The translations under genes were made by a program, and so were the position numbers. The notes beneath the pieces were generated by a model. That model did not search any database. It was not told where the DNA came from and saw nothing but the letters and a program-made list of their open reading frames with translations. Below are positions 25,301 through 38,300 of a stretch of DNA of 64,000 nt, piece after piece. The stretch spans positions 186,001-250,000 of the forward strand of contig VJWM01000221.1 in assembly GCA_010909165.1 (NCBI GenBank), given 5' to 3'. The DNA is from Anthoceros angustus (lineage: Eukaryota; Plantae; Anthocerotophyta). The first letter of the stretch is position 1. Each line of letters begins with the position of its first letter.

Positions 25301-27898
25301 CTTGCTCCATTTGTCCATACAGAACAAGCGCCTCTTGGCCGAGTCCTTGCTGTGCATACCCAGCTATCAGGGTTGTCCATGTCACCACATCCTTTGTGTT
25401 CATGCTGTCAAAAACCTGGCGTGCATCTTCCAGTTCACCACATTTTGCATACATGTCCACCAGGCAGTTGCCCACCACTACGTTATCCAGCAGTCCTCTT
25501 TCAACAATCTGTGAGTGCAGCTGCCTGCCCTTCTGTAAGGCACCAGTGCTTGCACAGGCCTTCAGAAGGCAAGCAAAAGTAACATGGTTAGCCAAAATCA
25601 GGCCCTCCTGCTCCATTTGTCCATACAGAACAAGCACCTCTTGGCCGAGTCCTTGCTGTGCATACCCAGCATCAGGGAAGTCCATGTCACCACATCCTTT
25701 GTGGTCATGCTGTCAAAAACCTGGCGTGCATCTTGCAGTTCACCACATTTTGCATACATGTCTACCAGGCAGTTGCCCACCAGTACATCATCCAGCAGTC
25801 CTCGTCCCACAATCTGTGAGTGCAGCTGCCTGCCTTTCTGTAAGGCACCAGTGCTTGCACAGGCCTTCAGAAGGCAAGCAAAAGTAACATGGTTAGCCAA
25901 AATGAGGCCTTCTTGCTGCATTTGCTCATACAGAACAAGCGCTTCTTGGCCATGCCCATGCTCTGCATACCCAGCAATCAGGCCATTCCATGTCACCACA
26001 TTCCTTGTGTTCGTGCTGTCAAAAACCTGGCGTGCATGTTTCAGTTCTCCACATTTTGCATACCCAGATATCAGCGCATTCCATGTCACCACATCCTTTG
26101 TGGCCATGCTGTCAAAAACCTGGCGTGCATCTTTCAGTTCACCACATTTTGCATACATGTCCACCAGGCAGGTGGCCACCAGTATGTCATCCAGCAGTCC
26201 TCGTTCAACAATCAGTGAGTGCAGCTGCCTGCCCTTCTGTAAGGCACCAGTGCTCGCACAAGCCTTCAGAAGGCAACCAAAAGTAACACGGTTAGCCAAA
26301 TTCAAGCCCTCCTGCTCCATTTGTCCATACAGAACAAGTGCCTCATGTCCGAGCCCTTTCTCAGCATACCCAGCTATCAGAGCATTCCATGTCACCACAT
26401 CTTTCATGTCCATGCTCTCAAAAACCTGGCGTGCATCTTTCAGTTCACCACATTTTGCATACCCAGATATCAGGGCATTCCATGTCACCACATCCTTTGA
26501 GGCCATGCTGTCAAAGACCTGGCGTGCATCTTTTAATTCACCACATTTTGCATACATGTCCACCAGGCAGTTGCCCACAAATAAGTTAGTAGGGATGCCA
26601 CTGTGCAACACATCACGGTGCACTTTTCTGCCAGATTCCAAGTCCGCGGCCAATGCACAAGCTTGAAGGGTAGCTACAAAGACGTGACCATTCGCCTTCA
26701 CTCCTGACTTAACCATCTCATGGTACAGTTGTATGGCCTCATTAGGTTTCCCATGTTTAGCATGTGCAGAGATGATGGAACCCCACGTAATAACATCGGG
26801 CTTGCCTACCCTCGTGAACACGTCCATAGCCTCCTCTAGCCTACCTCCGCTTGCATACATGCGCAAGACATGGTTCCCCAAGTACACATGCGACTCGTAC
26901 CCAAGTTTGACACAGAGATCATGGACTCGTCGCCCCACAACCAAATCCTTCTCAGCTGTACACAGTTTCAGCACAGTGCAAAACAGAGACTCAGAAATAG
27001 AAGCATCTGTCTGCGCCAGAGATTCCAGGGCTCCAACGGCCTCAGCAAGCTTCCCCTGCTGACATAACGTGCTCACAGTTACAGCCATTTCCGATCCTGC
27101 ACGCCTGTCAGGAGAACTGGACTCGGAAGGAGAAGCACCACGACCCATCTGCATATCCAACGAAACGAGCTGCTCATCAACCCAAGCTGGCTTAAACGTG
27201 TTGTCTAACCACAGCACCTCGCGGGACCCCTTCCGCCGGAAATCAGGCGAACGGGAGCTCTTCTTATCTCGTCTGTTGTCCCACCACATGGTGGGGTCGA
27301 GAAAAAATTGCTGCCACAAGTGCTCCTGCTCCTGATTAAGACCACCGTTGGAAACCCCGTCCCCACCCACACATTTTCTCGGAACTGGAAGTGCTGGGCT
27401 CCTCCCACTGCTGCATTTGGAGCCCATTTCCCATCCTGCACCCTTATCAGATTCAGGCCTATCCGGAGGGCTCGACTTGGAAGGAGAGGTACCATGACCC
27501 ATCTGCATATCCAAAAAAACGAGCTGCTCATCAACCCAAGCTGGCTTGAGCATGCTGTTTAACCACAGGACCTCGCCGGACCCCTTGCGCCGGAAGTCAG
27601 CCGCACGGGAGCTCGTCTTATCTCGTCTGTTATCCCACCACACGGTAGGGTCGAGGAAAAATTGTTTCCACAAGTGCTCCTGCTCCTGGCGACGACCATC
27701 GCTGGAAAATCCGTCCCCACCCACAGAATTTAGCGGAAGGGGAAGTGCTGGGCTCCTTACCCTGCTGCACCTGGAGGCTTGGTTGTTTGCCAAGGGCTGA
27801 GTCCCTGAGGCGAAGTGAGCGGGAGCTGCTCGTGGAATCCCTGTGCACACACCGATTTGATGGGTCCACAACGAGTCCGGTTGCCATACTGTGGCCAT
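22304..27898 (-). CDS. PLS-class PPR RNA-editing factor A: putative transit peptide, 2 OSB-type PDF motifs, about 43 P/L/S/SS motifs, E1-E2 and DYW:KP (last about 45 aa replaced by FRO sequence here)
   Basis: ATG at 27898 (MATVWQPD, homologous to the start of paralog B). Intronless, with 306-bp PLS triplets and KKPAVATIE and HAEKLAL motifs. Several small deletions between about 23590 and 25690 break the frame, probably as assembly errors. Confidence 0.8.
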
Positions 27899-30885
27899 CG
27901 TCCAGAGACCACTGTGGGACGATGAGTCTAACAACACACAATGGCAGGATGCCCAGGTACAGACTGTATGAGACCACACCATACGGGCTGGCTCGGGCCA
28001 GTCCGCCCTTGCTCGGAGGGCATCCTGGTTCTCCTTTTGTGTGACCTTCCGGGTGACAAATCTACCATATTATCTGTCTATTCGATGAGCCCGAACCCGC
28101 CGACCCCGGAGGGCTTAGACGCAAACAAACTACGTACGTACCTACATGCAGTCGTTTAAAATGTAGACCTTTCAATCCCCATATATGACATTGGTAGCGC
28201 TGTAGGGACTTTAGACACATGGAGCTTGGTTGTTCTTTCTTCGTTGTGACCTTGGGGTCTCTTTGATGTCTTTTAGTAGACGGTTCACCATCGTTTTTTT
28301 TCTTTATAAGAAAAAAAACCATGATTTTTTCTTGGTATAATATTTATATTATACGTAGAGTCGGTTAAGTTTCCTCACAACTAATGCGGTTTCAATCTCA
28401 CACTCACGGATACACGAGGTCACTACATATAGGCTCTTATATACAACATATATGCTGCTACAACAATTCTCTTAGTATGGTAGACTCTTTTCCGTTGCTC
28501 TTAATGCGGCAGTGCTTTCGGTGGCTCTTTGTTTGGCAAGTTTTTCGGTGGCTCGTATGTGACTATGCTTCCGGTGTTTTCAGTACTCTTATGTGACAAT
28601 GCTTATGGTATTTTTGGTTAACATGTCTGTGGTACTTTCTTTCAAGTTTGGTCTTGGTGGAGGTGAATTCAAGGTGGATCCTTCAAGCTATCGTGAATAA
28701 CATTTCAAAGCTTACTCTAGTTAGGATGCAACTGAGATAAAGGCATAGCAAAGACGAAGAAGAGGTACTAAGAGGCGGGCATGCTAGGGGCACTATACAA
28801 TTCGCATCTCTTCCACAATGTCGAAGACGTAACCGCCCAATTCTTTTCACGTGGGCCGGAGTTGTCCATTGCCAGGTGCACATTGATTAAGTCACACTCC
28901 AAAGATGACACAACTTGGGTGCAAACACAATGTACAAGCACCACCATCGAGTTCTTTGTAAAATTTATTAAGAAGAGGAACTAAAACCAAAAACTAAGTC
29001 TAAAGCATTAAAGATAAACAAAACGAAACCAACGGTTACGACGGAAAAAACTAAACCAAAGACCCTAAGCTAATTTAAGCTTCACTTTTTTGGGAGGTGT
29101 GGTGCATTAGTTCCGCCGTCACGATGGTGCACTTCCTGGAAATGACAACGAGGTGTGGAGATGATGAACACATCCACATGGCGTCTTGCAACGATCCTTG
29201 AGCATTTGGAGTAGTGTGGCCCCACGCACGTTTAGATCTCCAGCTCCTCATGCAGGAGTAGCATCAGCTCAGTCAACTTTAACGGCTTGATCTCAGCTGC
29301 ATAATCAGCTCAAGTCAACTTTAACGGCCTAATCAGCTGCATAGGCAGCTCAATTCACTCATGTCTGCCTACAAGTGTTGCTTGTTGCCTAAGAACTCAC
29401 TTGATTTATTGGTGGGAAGACTATAACATAAAAAAATTGATTTTGTTGTTTCAAATGGAAGAAAACTACTGGGTAGTATACACGGAGTCTTCAATCTCGT
29501 ATGTAGATAAACATCTTTTGTTCGTGGACCTGAGAACAGTTGTCGCCTCCAGACAGGTCAGATCAACTTTGGTATAGTCCACTACCACCAACGGATCCTA
29601 TTGAAAAAAGTCTTCGAATAACTTGCATAAGCAGTCCCCCTCATATCTTTTCTTCTCTTCGAACTTCGAAGGGGTTAGGCTGTCTTGCTGTCAGCAGCTT
29701 GTTTCGCAAAAGATCTGGAAACATGGATCCAATTATACCTTACTTCAGCTGACCGAGTGAGCCATAGTGTGGGACTATGTAAGGCTGAAATTCTATCCAA
29801 GAGAGACTCACCCGTTTAGAGAATTTCGGAGACATGAAGCCAAGCCACACCAAGTAATAAACCACAATTTGACCTATGACCTTAGATACCAAGAACAAAT
29901 TCTTTTGTTAGAGCAAGAACAACAAAAGTAGATTCAATAGCATCCGGAGTAGTGGTTAGCTAGTCGCCACAGCTAGCTCCCCAACCTAACGTCAACAACT
30001 CTGCTAGGACCAATTGAGCCCACATGCGATGATGACTAGTAGTGGGCTAGTTATGAGAAATATCCTTACCAACCATGACCATGAGAAGTGTTATAAATGA
30101 TGTTAGTGGACGGCACAAATTGACAATTGCTCTAATTCTACCAACCATCTATAAGATCAACCTTGGCGATAACGTTGAATTAGAGCCAGACAGTTGATCA
30201 TAAGACAATGCGACAGGGACAACTTGTCAAGTTGCATTTCGTTTGCTGGATGGTCAAAGAGTTCAACGTCGTTTTTTGTTGTCCGATCCTTCAACATTTA
30301 TGGTTGTTTTGTTTGAAGCAAGTGCAAATGAAGTGGTTGTTTCACAAATCCAATGAGGAGTTTTATTTTAGTACTCCAAGTAGAGATGGTGTTGCAAGCA
30401 TCTATGCCTTAGATGCACTCTCTTCAAAAACCATAGGAGAAGCCGGTGTAGCAAATTGTGTGCTAACCATGAAATACAAAAAGTAATACCATCAATCAAT
30501 TGCACTTATTTTGTGATATGTTGTTAGAAGTAGGGGATGCAATCTTATTATGGAAATTTACATGATGCAAAGGTTGAGGCATTAAGAATGGACAAGTGGC
30601 TCCTAGCCTACATCCATGGCGACAACACGCAGTTCCCATATTTTGGAGAGTGGGAAAAATCCAGTAATGAGATTTTGAAGGATCTCGTAAAACGATCTTT
30701 CCTTCTTTGGGAAGTCTCAGCCGGTACCATAGAGATTTTAAAAGTGAAAACCTTTTATAACATAGCTGAAAACACTTGCTGCATACTTGTGATTGACCCA
30801 CTTACTGGGGAGAAATTGAAACAATTTGATGCAAGTGACATCGGTTCGGACGCTTTGATAGAGCAATGATAACCAATCCGACGCA

Positions 30886-31500
30886 GTGGAGTGGAGTGAG
30901 ACTTATGAAGAAGCCACACATGAACAACCATGGAGTGCAACTTATGAAGAAACCACGGATGACCAACCATGGAGTGATGAACAACCATGGAGTGCAACTT
31001 ATGAAGAAACCACGGATGACCAACCATGGAGTGATGAACAACCATGGAGTGCAACTTATGAAGAAACCACGGATGACCAACCATGGAGTGATGAACAACC
31101 ATGGAGTGCAACTTATGAAGAAACCACGGATGACCAACCATGGAGTGATGAACAACCATGGAGTGCAACTTATGAAGAAACCACGGATGACCAACCATGG
31201 AGTGATGAACAACCATGGAGTGCAACTTATGAAGAAACCACGGATGACCAACCATGGAGTGATGAACAACCATGGAGTGCAACTTATGAAGAAACCACGG
31301 ATGACCAACCATGGGTGATGAACAACCATGGAGTGCAACTTATGAAGAAACCACGGATGACCAACCATGGAGTGATGAACAACCATGGGATGCAACTTAT
31401 GAAGAAGCTACCCATGGAAAACCATGGCTTGAAACTCGTGAAGAAGCCACCAATGAACAACCGTGGAGTGATGCGCAAGCCTCTGAAGACAATGACACAT
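30886..31500 (+). repeat. 57-bp minisatellite (8 near-perfect copies at 30920-31374 plus degenerate flanks) inside an unclassified dispersed repeat
   Basis: Unit ATGAACAACCATGGAGTGCAACTTATGAAGAAACCACGGATGACCAACCATGGAGTG. A related inverted copy lies at about 42880-43340. Confidence 0.9.
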
Positions 31501-32142
31501 GGGAAGAAGCTTATACGCAAGATCATGAATACGACTACGCACATGTACCTTATGGAGGTCGATGGCCATCGCATTCCACGTATACGTCTAACTAACATCC
31601 TTCCACATTAACTAATAACGTTTCATTGTTATTTTTAGTGTTCTGAAGAAAGGAGAACTCAAGGGTTGTGAATAGGTGCCAGCTAGAAAAGAACAATTAG
31701 GGCACCATCCAGTTGGCATCTTTTCACCAACCGCCACAAGATCCCATATGCCTAGAGGTGAAGTTGGGCCCACGCCAAACGTCTCAAGATTCAAAAGGTT
31801 CTCACGACTAGTTCAACGTTTTAACCACTAGAAAAAAGATGCGGGCCGAGTAAAGATAAGAACATATCCACATTAGGGAGGTGCACAAAAAAGGTTGAAA
31901 ATGTCGAAAGGAACCCTTTAAAACAACAAAAATATTAAAAAACCAAAAAATTCAAAAAAATATCAAAATTTTAGAGTGCGCGCACTTGCCTCAAAAAATT
32001 GGATTTTTTTGAGGTATTTTAATTTTTTTGCTCTTTTTTTCTTTGGATGAAACGTCTGGGAATGCACTAGGAGGCATGAACCATATGGGTTCATGCTCTT
32101 AGGCCCTTCTTGACCTTGGATGCGGACAAGTGCCCGCACTTG

Positions 32143-32300
32143 GGCCCCTTGCCCCAGTGCGCACACCTAGGCCCCTTGCCCCAGTGCGCACACCTAGGCC
32201 CCTTGCCCCAGTGCGCGCACAAGCACGCACACCTGGGCCCCTTGCCCCAGTGCGCGCACACCTAGGCCCCTTGCCCCAGTGCGCACACCTAGGCCCCTGC
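32143..32300. repeat. 27-bp GC-rich minisatellite (GGCCCCTTGCCCCAGTGCGCACACCTA), about 6 copies
   Basis: Tandem units are directly visible. Confidence 0.85.
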
Positions 32301-32779
32301 CCGTGGTGCACGCACTTGTTCACCCAGCTGGGCCCCCTTGGCATGTTTGATGATAACTGATTAGGTCATCACGAAGAGACGAAAACACCGTAAAAGATAA
32401 AAAGGGGATAGGGTGTTCTTCATCGCATTAGGGCATAGGATAGATATATGAGAGCGGTCTAGGTGAACCTCCGCCGATGTCTGCTACTTGTTATTTGGTC
32501 GGGAGTTCCGGCACATCCTCAGACCTCCAAAATGACATGTTTCCCCATTAGAAGATCATTTTTCGCGTTCTTTTTGCAGTGCCTGCACAAGTTTGCGCAT
32601 AGAGTTGTTTAGGCACGCACTTATGCGCGCCTAGGCCCTCCTAGTATACAAAAAACATATAAAACCACACAAAATGCAGAAACTACGAACATGACGAAAT
32701 TATGGAATAATGAGGTCACTGGCCCTTGATCACACCGACTAAATCGCCATGAACCTGAGTACAAGGCGCTAGCGTGGTG

Positions 32780-33900
32780 TAAATGACTCGACAGGAAGTG
32801 GTGCCCGAGGAGAATGCCCGAAACCGATGGATGAACACCTACAAAAACCAAACCAACTTCAGTTTCCGGCGAAATAGGGTTGGGATTTATTCCAAAACCT
32901 CTTTTGACAGGAGAAAACCCTTTCTACACAAACGCTGTTATATAGAGTCCCTCGTGGGATCCGTGATAACCACATCAGCGATGTAAATTTGCTCCCCCCT
33001 GGTATAAAAAAGGTCTGACTTGAGTGATGCGCCATTACGCAATATATATGGGCGCTCCCTGTACGAAAAAAATCCTCCTTAGTTATCGAAAATATGACGT
33101 CGCGAACGGCGTCATGTGTAGCAATACGTTGCCCCCCCACGGGACAACGCCGCAAATAGGACCCGGAGTCTTTGATGGCAGCTCCACAACTGCACATGGA
33201 AAGAGAAAAGGCCAGAGGATAAGCCAAACCGAGGCGGACCCTCATCGCGGTCGAAAAGGACGATGGTGCGATTCGGAACGTCGGAATGCAAGGCCGAGCT
33301 AAAAGCCACGAGCCTGCCCCTTCCCCGAACAGGAACGTAGGCGGGCCCACGAAGACCTGGGAATGGAGGAGTCCAGAAGGAGGGCCCTTTGCGAATGGAG
33401 GAGTCCAGAAGGAGGGCCCTTTGCGCCTGTAAATATTGATTCTCTTAGAGAGAGTCTTTTGACTACGCATCCCTTCTTTAGAGAAAAAGGAAAAAAGAGG
33501 CATGGTTTCCCTAGCCTCTGAGGAAAGGGAGTCCCTAGCCCGCTTCAGAGAGACCTGCAAGGGGAAGGCCCTCTCCTCAACACTCGAGACGAAGGCTTCC
33601 AGAAGGGGGGAGTCTTGCATTAAGAACCAAGAGGCCAAAATTGGGGCAGAGAGGGCCCAACTCCCGAGGAAGGCTGCCGGAGCCGAGGCCTCCATGGCCC
33701 GCAAGCTAGTGCCTCCATGGCCAGCAAGCTATTACCTCCAGAGGCTACTGGCAATGATGCATGTTTCCACGCCAGTCATCGTCGGCGCATTCGAAGGTGT
33801 CGGGGCCTATGATGTCCCCAAGCGCCTGCATAACCTGCCTATCAAAATATCTCAAGCTTGATAAAAAGGTCGGGGATGGAGCAACCGTCCGTCAGTTGAT
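32780..33900 (-). mobile_element. Degenerate 5'-truncated non-LTR retrotransposon of RLE type (CRE-like)
   Basis: Post-RT region PAAFLGSW...GAGSWLLARP...F.TAMRVRLG, a zinc-knuckle-like CSCG...RRC.VGGQRIATHDAVRD, and an endonuclease-like IADVVITDPTR in a shifted frame. Frameshifts and a 32-bp internal duplication at 33361-33424. Confidence 0.7.
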
Positions 33901-34784
33901 CATAAGATTAACCAAGCTTGATCTTATGATCAACACTCTTTTTTTTGAATTTGTAGTAGAGTGATGTAGCAGCTAATGCTAAGAGAAAAATTGCTATTCC
34001 TTTTAGGCCTTCCTTCTTGGCTTCTTGGCAGCCATACCGAATTGCTTGTCCGAAATCTCTCCGTAGCGGGTTCTCAAGATCCTTCCATAAGTTTTATGAT
34101 ACTTTGCCTTCATACCGAATAGACGTGTCATTGGTTATTTCTTGATAGACCAAGAGAGAAATAAAGTTAGCACGATGGTGTATCTTGTTTATACCAAGAG
34201 AAGCTATCGTTTAATGGATTATACTGGGATTAAAGTATGTGCTGCACATGGTTGCCTCCATCATGGAGAAAAGCATTTTCCTCCTGCCTCCTCCCCTCGC
34301 AGTCCATTTGGCCTAGGCCATTTCGACACACAAATATAAGAAGACCGCTGGAAGGGAGCTTGAATTATTCTTTTACGATGTCCCCTGCTAGCAGATAGCG
34401 GACGGGCGTCGACTCCACCCAAAACGTTGGGACGAGTCTCCATATGCGGATGGCTACGCATGATATGGCCATTGGACAAACCATGACGTGCTCTGGGAAG
34501 CCCGTGCGCCCATGCTTGCTGGCCTTTTAGTGGCCATGGAGTACCGATGTGCTTGCACATCACAGGACATACATATATGTATGTGAGTGGATGGCCGCTG
34601 GTATCTGTCAGAAGTGTGAAATGCACATGGGCCGGCGTGGCCTATTCCTAACAAAGCCATGGCACGCACGGAGGCAAAACTGTCAGACATGGACACCAGC
34701 TTCACGTTCACTTCAACCAATGCATACCGCTGGTCTCGTTCTTGTGGGCTAGCAGACAGAAAACTATCGTCCAGTTTGGTACAC

Positions 34785-35000
34785 GCAACATTCATGTCCA
34801 CCAGGCAAGTAGTGCCCACCAGCATGTTTCTGTGTGTCCCCTTTCACATTCTGTGAATGCAGCGGCTTGGCTCTATGTAAGGCTCAAGCACTTGCACACG
34901 CCATTAGGGGGCAAGGAGAAGTAACGTTGTCAGCCATAATCAGGCCCTCCTGCTCCATAAGAACAAGTGCTCATAATTTGCATACCAGCTATGTATAAGG
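34785..35000 (-). pseudogene. Decayed P-L-S PPR fragment related to PPR genes A and B
   Basis: Retains CATGTCCACCAGGCA, CTTGCACA and TCAGCCA.AATCAGGCCCTCCTGCTCCAT segments shared with the arrays, but with many indels. Confidence 0.65.
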
Positions 35001-35343
35001 AGCGGGCCTCAGGCGCTACATTCCATAGCTGCAAGCTCAATCCAGCAAGAGCAGTTCTGATTCCACTGGATCTGAGCCAAATTCCAGGCCTGCACCCACG
35101 ATCCCTGATCTCCTCCAGCTGCCTGTCCCTTGAAGGTGACCTCGAACGACTCCGTGAGCCAGCCAGATGGCAAGCCTCCAGACGAGGCAGACCCTGCACG
35201 TTTCTGATTCTTGCAGGTCTCTGAGAGGTGGATCAGTGTAAGCCATCCATGTACATGTGGGATGGATTTCAGCAAGCACATTCACCCCGAAAGCGGTTTT
35301 CTCTGGCATGATCCCTTGAGCACTGGCTAGTTCTTCTTCACTC

Positions 35344-38300
35344 TCACGGTCGACCCTTACAACTGCAAGAACCAGCGGTGAATCGATGCACACGGTACCC
35401 ATCCCTTACAACAATGTTTCTCTGTTCAAGCCTTGACATGATCTCTGTGGAACTGTGGCAGTCACTGCACATGCGTAGATTCTTCGTTACCACCAGGGGC
35501 GTCCCACTCGGAGTGTTCAAGAGACCAAATGCCAGAGCTAGCTTCTCGGCGTGCCCACAAAGTGCATCCTCCTTTTCCTTCTCATCCACTGGCTTCAACA
35601 CCAACTTTGTGTGAGGTACATGGCCTCCTTCCTGCTTCAGACGTGCATTCGTGCTCTCTACCTTAAGGGCAATATCCTCTCTCTTTTCTCCCACCACAAA
35701 TCTATGTATCTGCTTATTCACTTCGATGGTCGTAACTGCAGGCTTCTTGTTAGCCCCTGCCGCCCTTCTCTGTGTTTCAATCCTATCAACATCGGTCCAC
35801 CTACCTGCATCTGCATAGGCATTGGCCATGAGCACATACGCAGACGCATCCAGGGGGTCCAGCCTAACAATGCTTTCAAAACACCACATCGCCCTCTCTA
35901 TATCCCCGTGACATTTGCAGGCATTCAACAAAGACCTCAAGCCCACAACATTACTTTGGCCCTCACATGATGATAGCATCTTGACTGCCTCATCTAAATG
36001 GCCTGCCCGCCCGAATAGATCAATCATGCAACTGTAGTGCTCAAGGGTAGGTCTGATACCATGCTGTTCAACCATGGAATCAAAGAGCTTGCGACCCTCG
36101 TGGACCAGTCCCTCATGACTGCATGCTACTAGAAGGCAAGTAAAAGTAGGACCATCAGGCTGAATACCGGCAACTAACATCTCCTCAAAACAAGCTAGTG
36201 CTCTGTGACCATCATCACAAGAACCATACCCAGATATCAGGGCATTCCATGTCACCACATCCTTTGTGGTCAAGCTGTCAAAACCCGGCGGGCATCTTCC
36301 AGTTCACCACATTTTGCATACATGTCCACCAGGCAGTTGCCCAACACTACGTTATCCAGCAGTCCTCTTTCAACAATCTGTGAGTTGCCTGCCCTTCTGT
36401 AAGGCACCAGTGCTTGCACAGGCCTTCAGAAGGCAAGCAAAAGTAACATGGTCAGCCAAAATCAGGCCCTCCTGCTCCATTTGTCCATACAACAAGCCTC
36501 TTGGCCGAGTCCTTGCTGTGCATACCCAGCTAATCAGGGCATTCCATGTCACCACATCCTTTGTGGCAAGCTGTCAAAACCTGGCGCATCTTCCAGTTCA
36601 CCACATTTTGCATACATGTCCACCAGGCAGTTGCCCACCATGTTATCCAGCAGTCCTCTTCCACAATCTGTGAGTGCAATGCCTGCCCTTCTGTAAGGCA
36701 CCAGTGCTTGCACAGGCCTTCAGAAGGCAAGCAAAAGTAACATGGTCAGCCAAAATCAGGCCCTCCTGCTCCATTTGTCCATACACAAGAAGTGCCTCTG
36801 CCGAGCCCTTGCTGTGCATACCCAGCAATCAGGGCATCCATGTCACCACATCCTTTGTGGCCAAGCTGTCAAAACCTGGCGTGCATCTTCCAGTTCACCA
36901 CATTTTGCATACATGTCCACCAGGCAGTTGCCCAACACTACGTTATCCAGCAGTCCTCTTCAACAATCTGTGAGTGCAGCTGCCCTTCTGTGGCACCAGT
37001 GCTTGCACAGGCCTTCAGAAGGCAAAAGTAAAATGGTCAGCCAAAATCAGGCCCTCCTGCTCCATTTGTCCAAACAGAACAAGCGCCTCTTGGCCGAGTC
37101 CTTGCTGTGCATACCCAGCTATCAGGGCATTCCATGTCACGACATCCTTTGTGGCCAAGCTGTCAAAAACCTGGCGTGCATCTTCCAGTTCACCACATTT
37201 TGCATACATGTCCACCAGGCAGTTGCCCACCAGTATGTTATCCAGCTGTCCTCGTTCCACAATCTGTGAGTGCAGATGCCTGCCCTTCTGTAAGGCACCA
37301 GCGCTTGCACAGGCCTTCAGAAGGCAAGCAAAAGTAACGTGGTCAGCCACAATCAGCCCCTCCTGCTCCATTCGTTCATACACAACAAGCGCCTCTTGCC
37401 CGAGCCCTTGCTGTGCATACCCAGAAATCAGGGCCGTCCATGTCACCACATCCTTTTTGGCCAAGCTTTCAAAAACCTGGCGAGCATCTTTCACTTCTCC
37501 ACATTTTGCATACATGTGTACCAGGGAGTTGCCCACGACTACGTTATCCATCAGTCCTCTTTCAACAATCTGTGAGTGCAACTGCCTGCCCTTCTGTACG
37601 GCACCAGTGCTTGCACAGGCCTTCAGAAGGAAAGCAAAAGTAACATGGTTAGCCAAAATCAGCCCCTCCTGCTCCATTTGTCCATACACAACAAGAGCCT
37701 CATGTTCGAGCCCTTGCTGAGAATACCCAGCAATCAGCACCGTCCATGTCACCACATCCTTCGTGGCCATGCTGTCAAAAACCTGGCGTGCATCTTTCAG
37801 TTTGCCACATTTTGCATACATGTCCACCAGGCAGTTGCCAACAAACAAGTTAGTAGGAATGCCACTCTGCACCACATCACAATGCACTTTTCTGCCAGAT
37901 TCCAAGTCCGCGGCTGATGCACAAGCCTGAAGGGCAGCTACAAAGACGTGAGCATCTGCCTTCACTCCTGACCTCCGCATCTCATGGTACAGTTGCACGG
38001 CCTCATTAGACTTCCCATGCTTAGCGTACGCGGAGATTATGGAAGACCACATGAAGGCATCCGGCTTTCCCACCCTGGTGAGCACATCCATGGCCTCCTC
38101 TAGCCTCCCTCCACATGCATACATGCGCAAGATATGGTTCCCTAAGTATGCATCCGACTCATACCCAAGTTTCACACTGAGGTCATGAACTCGTCGCCCC
38201 GCAACCAAATCCTTCTTAGCTGTACACAGTTTCAGCACGGTGCAAAACAGAGATTGAGAAATAGCAGAGTCTGTCTGCGCCAGAGACTCCAGGGCTCCAA

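Noticed and set aside
23040-26666. Long plus-strand ORFs (589, 443 and 360 aa) and similar ORFs antisense to PPR-B and PPR-C
   Set aside because: These are shadow frames of repetitive PPR coding sequence with no independent protein features.
30920-31374. CRISPR-like appearance of the 57-bp array (also the 22-bp array at 42742-42873)
   Set aside because: The units are contiguous and identical with no unique spacers, there are no cas genes, and the context is eukaryotic.
23590-37020. Calling PPR-A and PPR-B pseudogenes because of frameshifts
   Set aside because: The indels are mostly homopolymer or single-base losses restricted to the most repetitive triplets, while unique regions are intact. 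Assembly error is more likely, though unproven.
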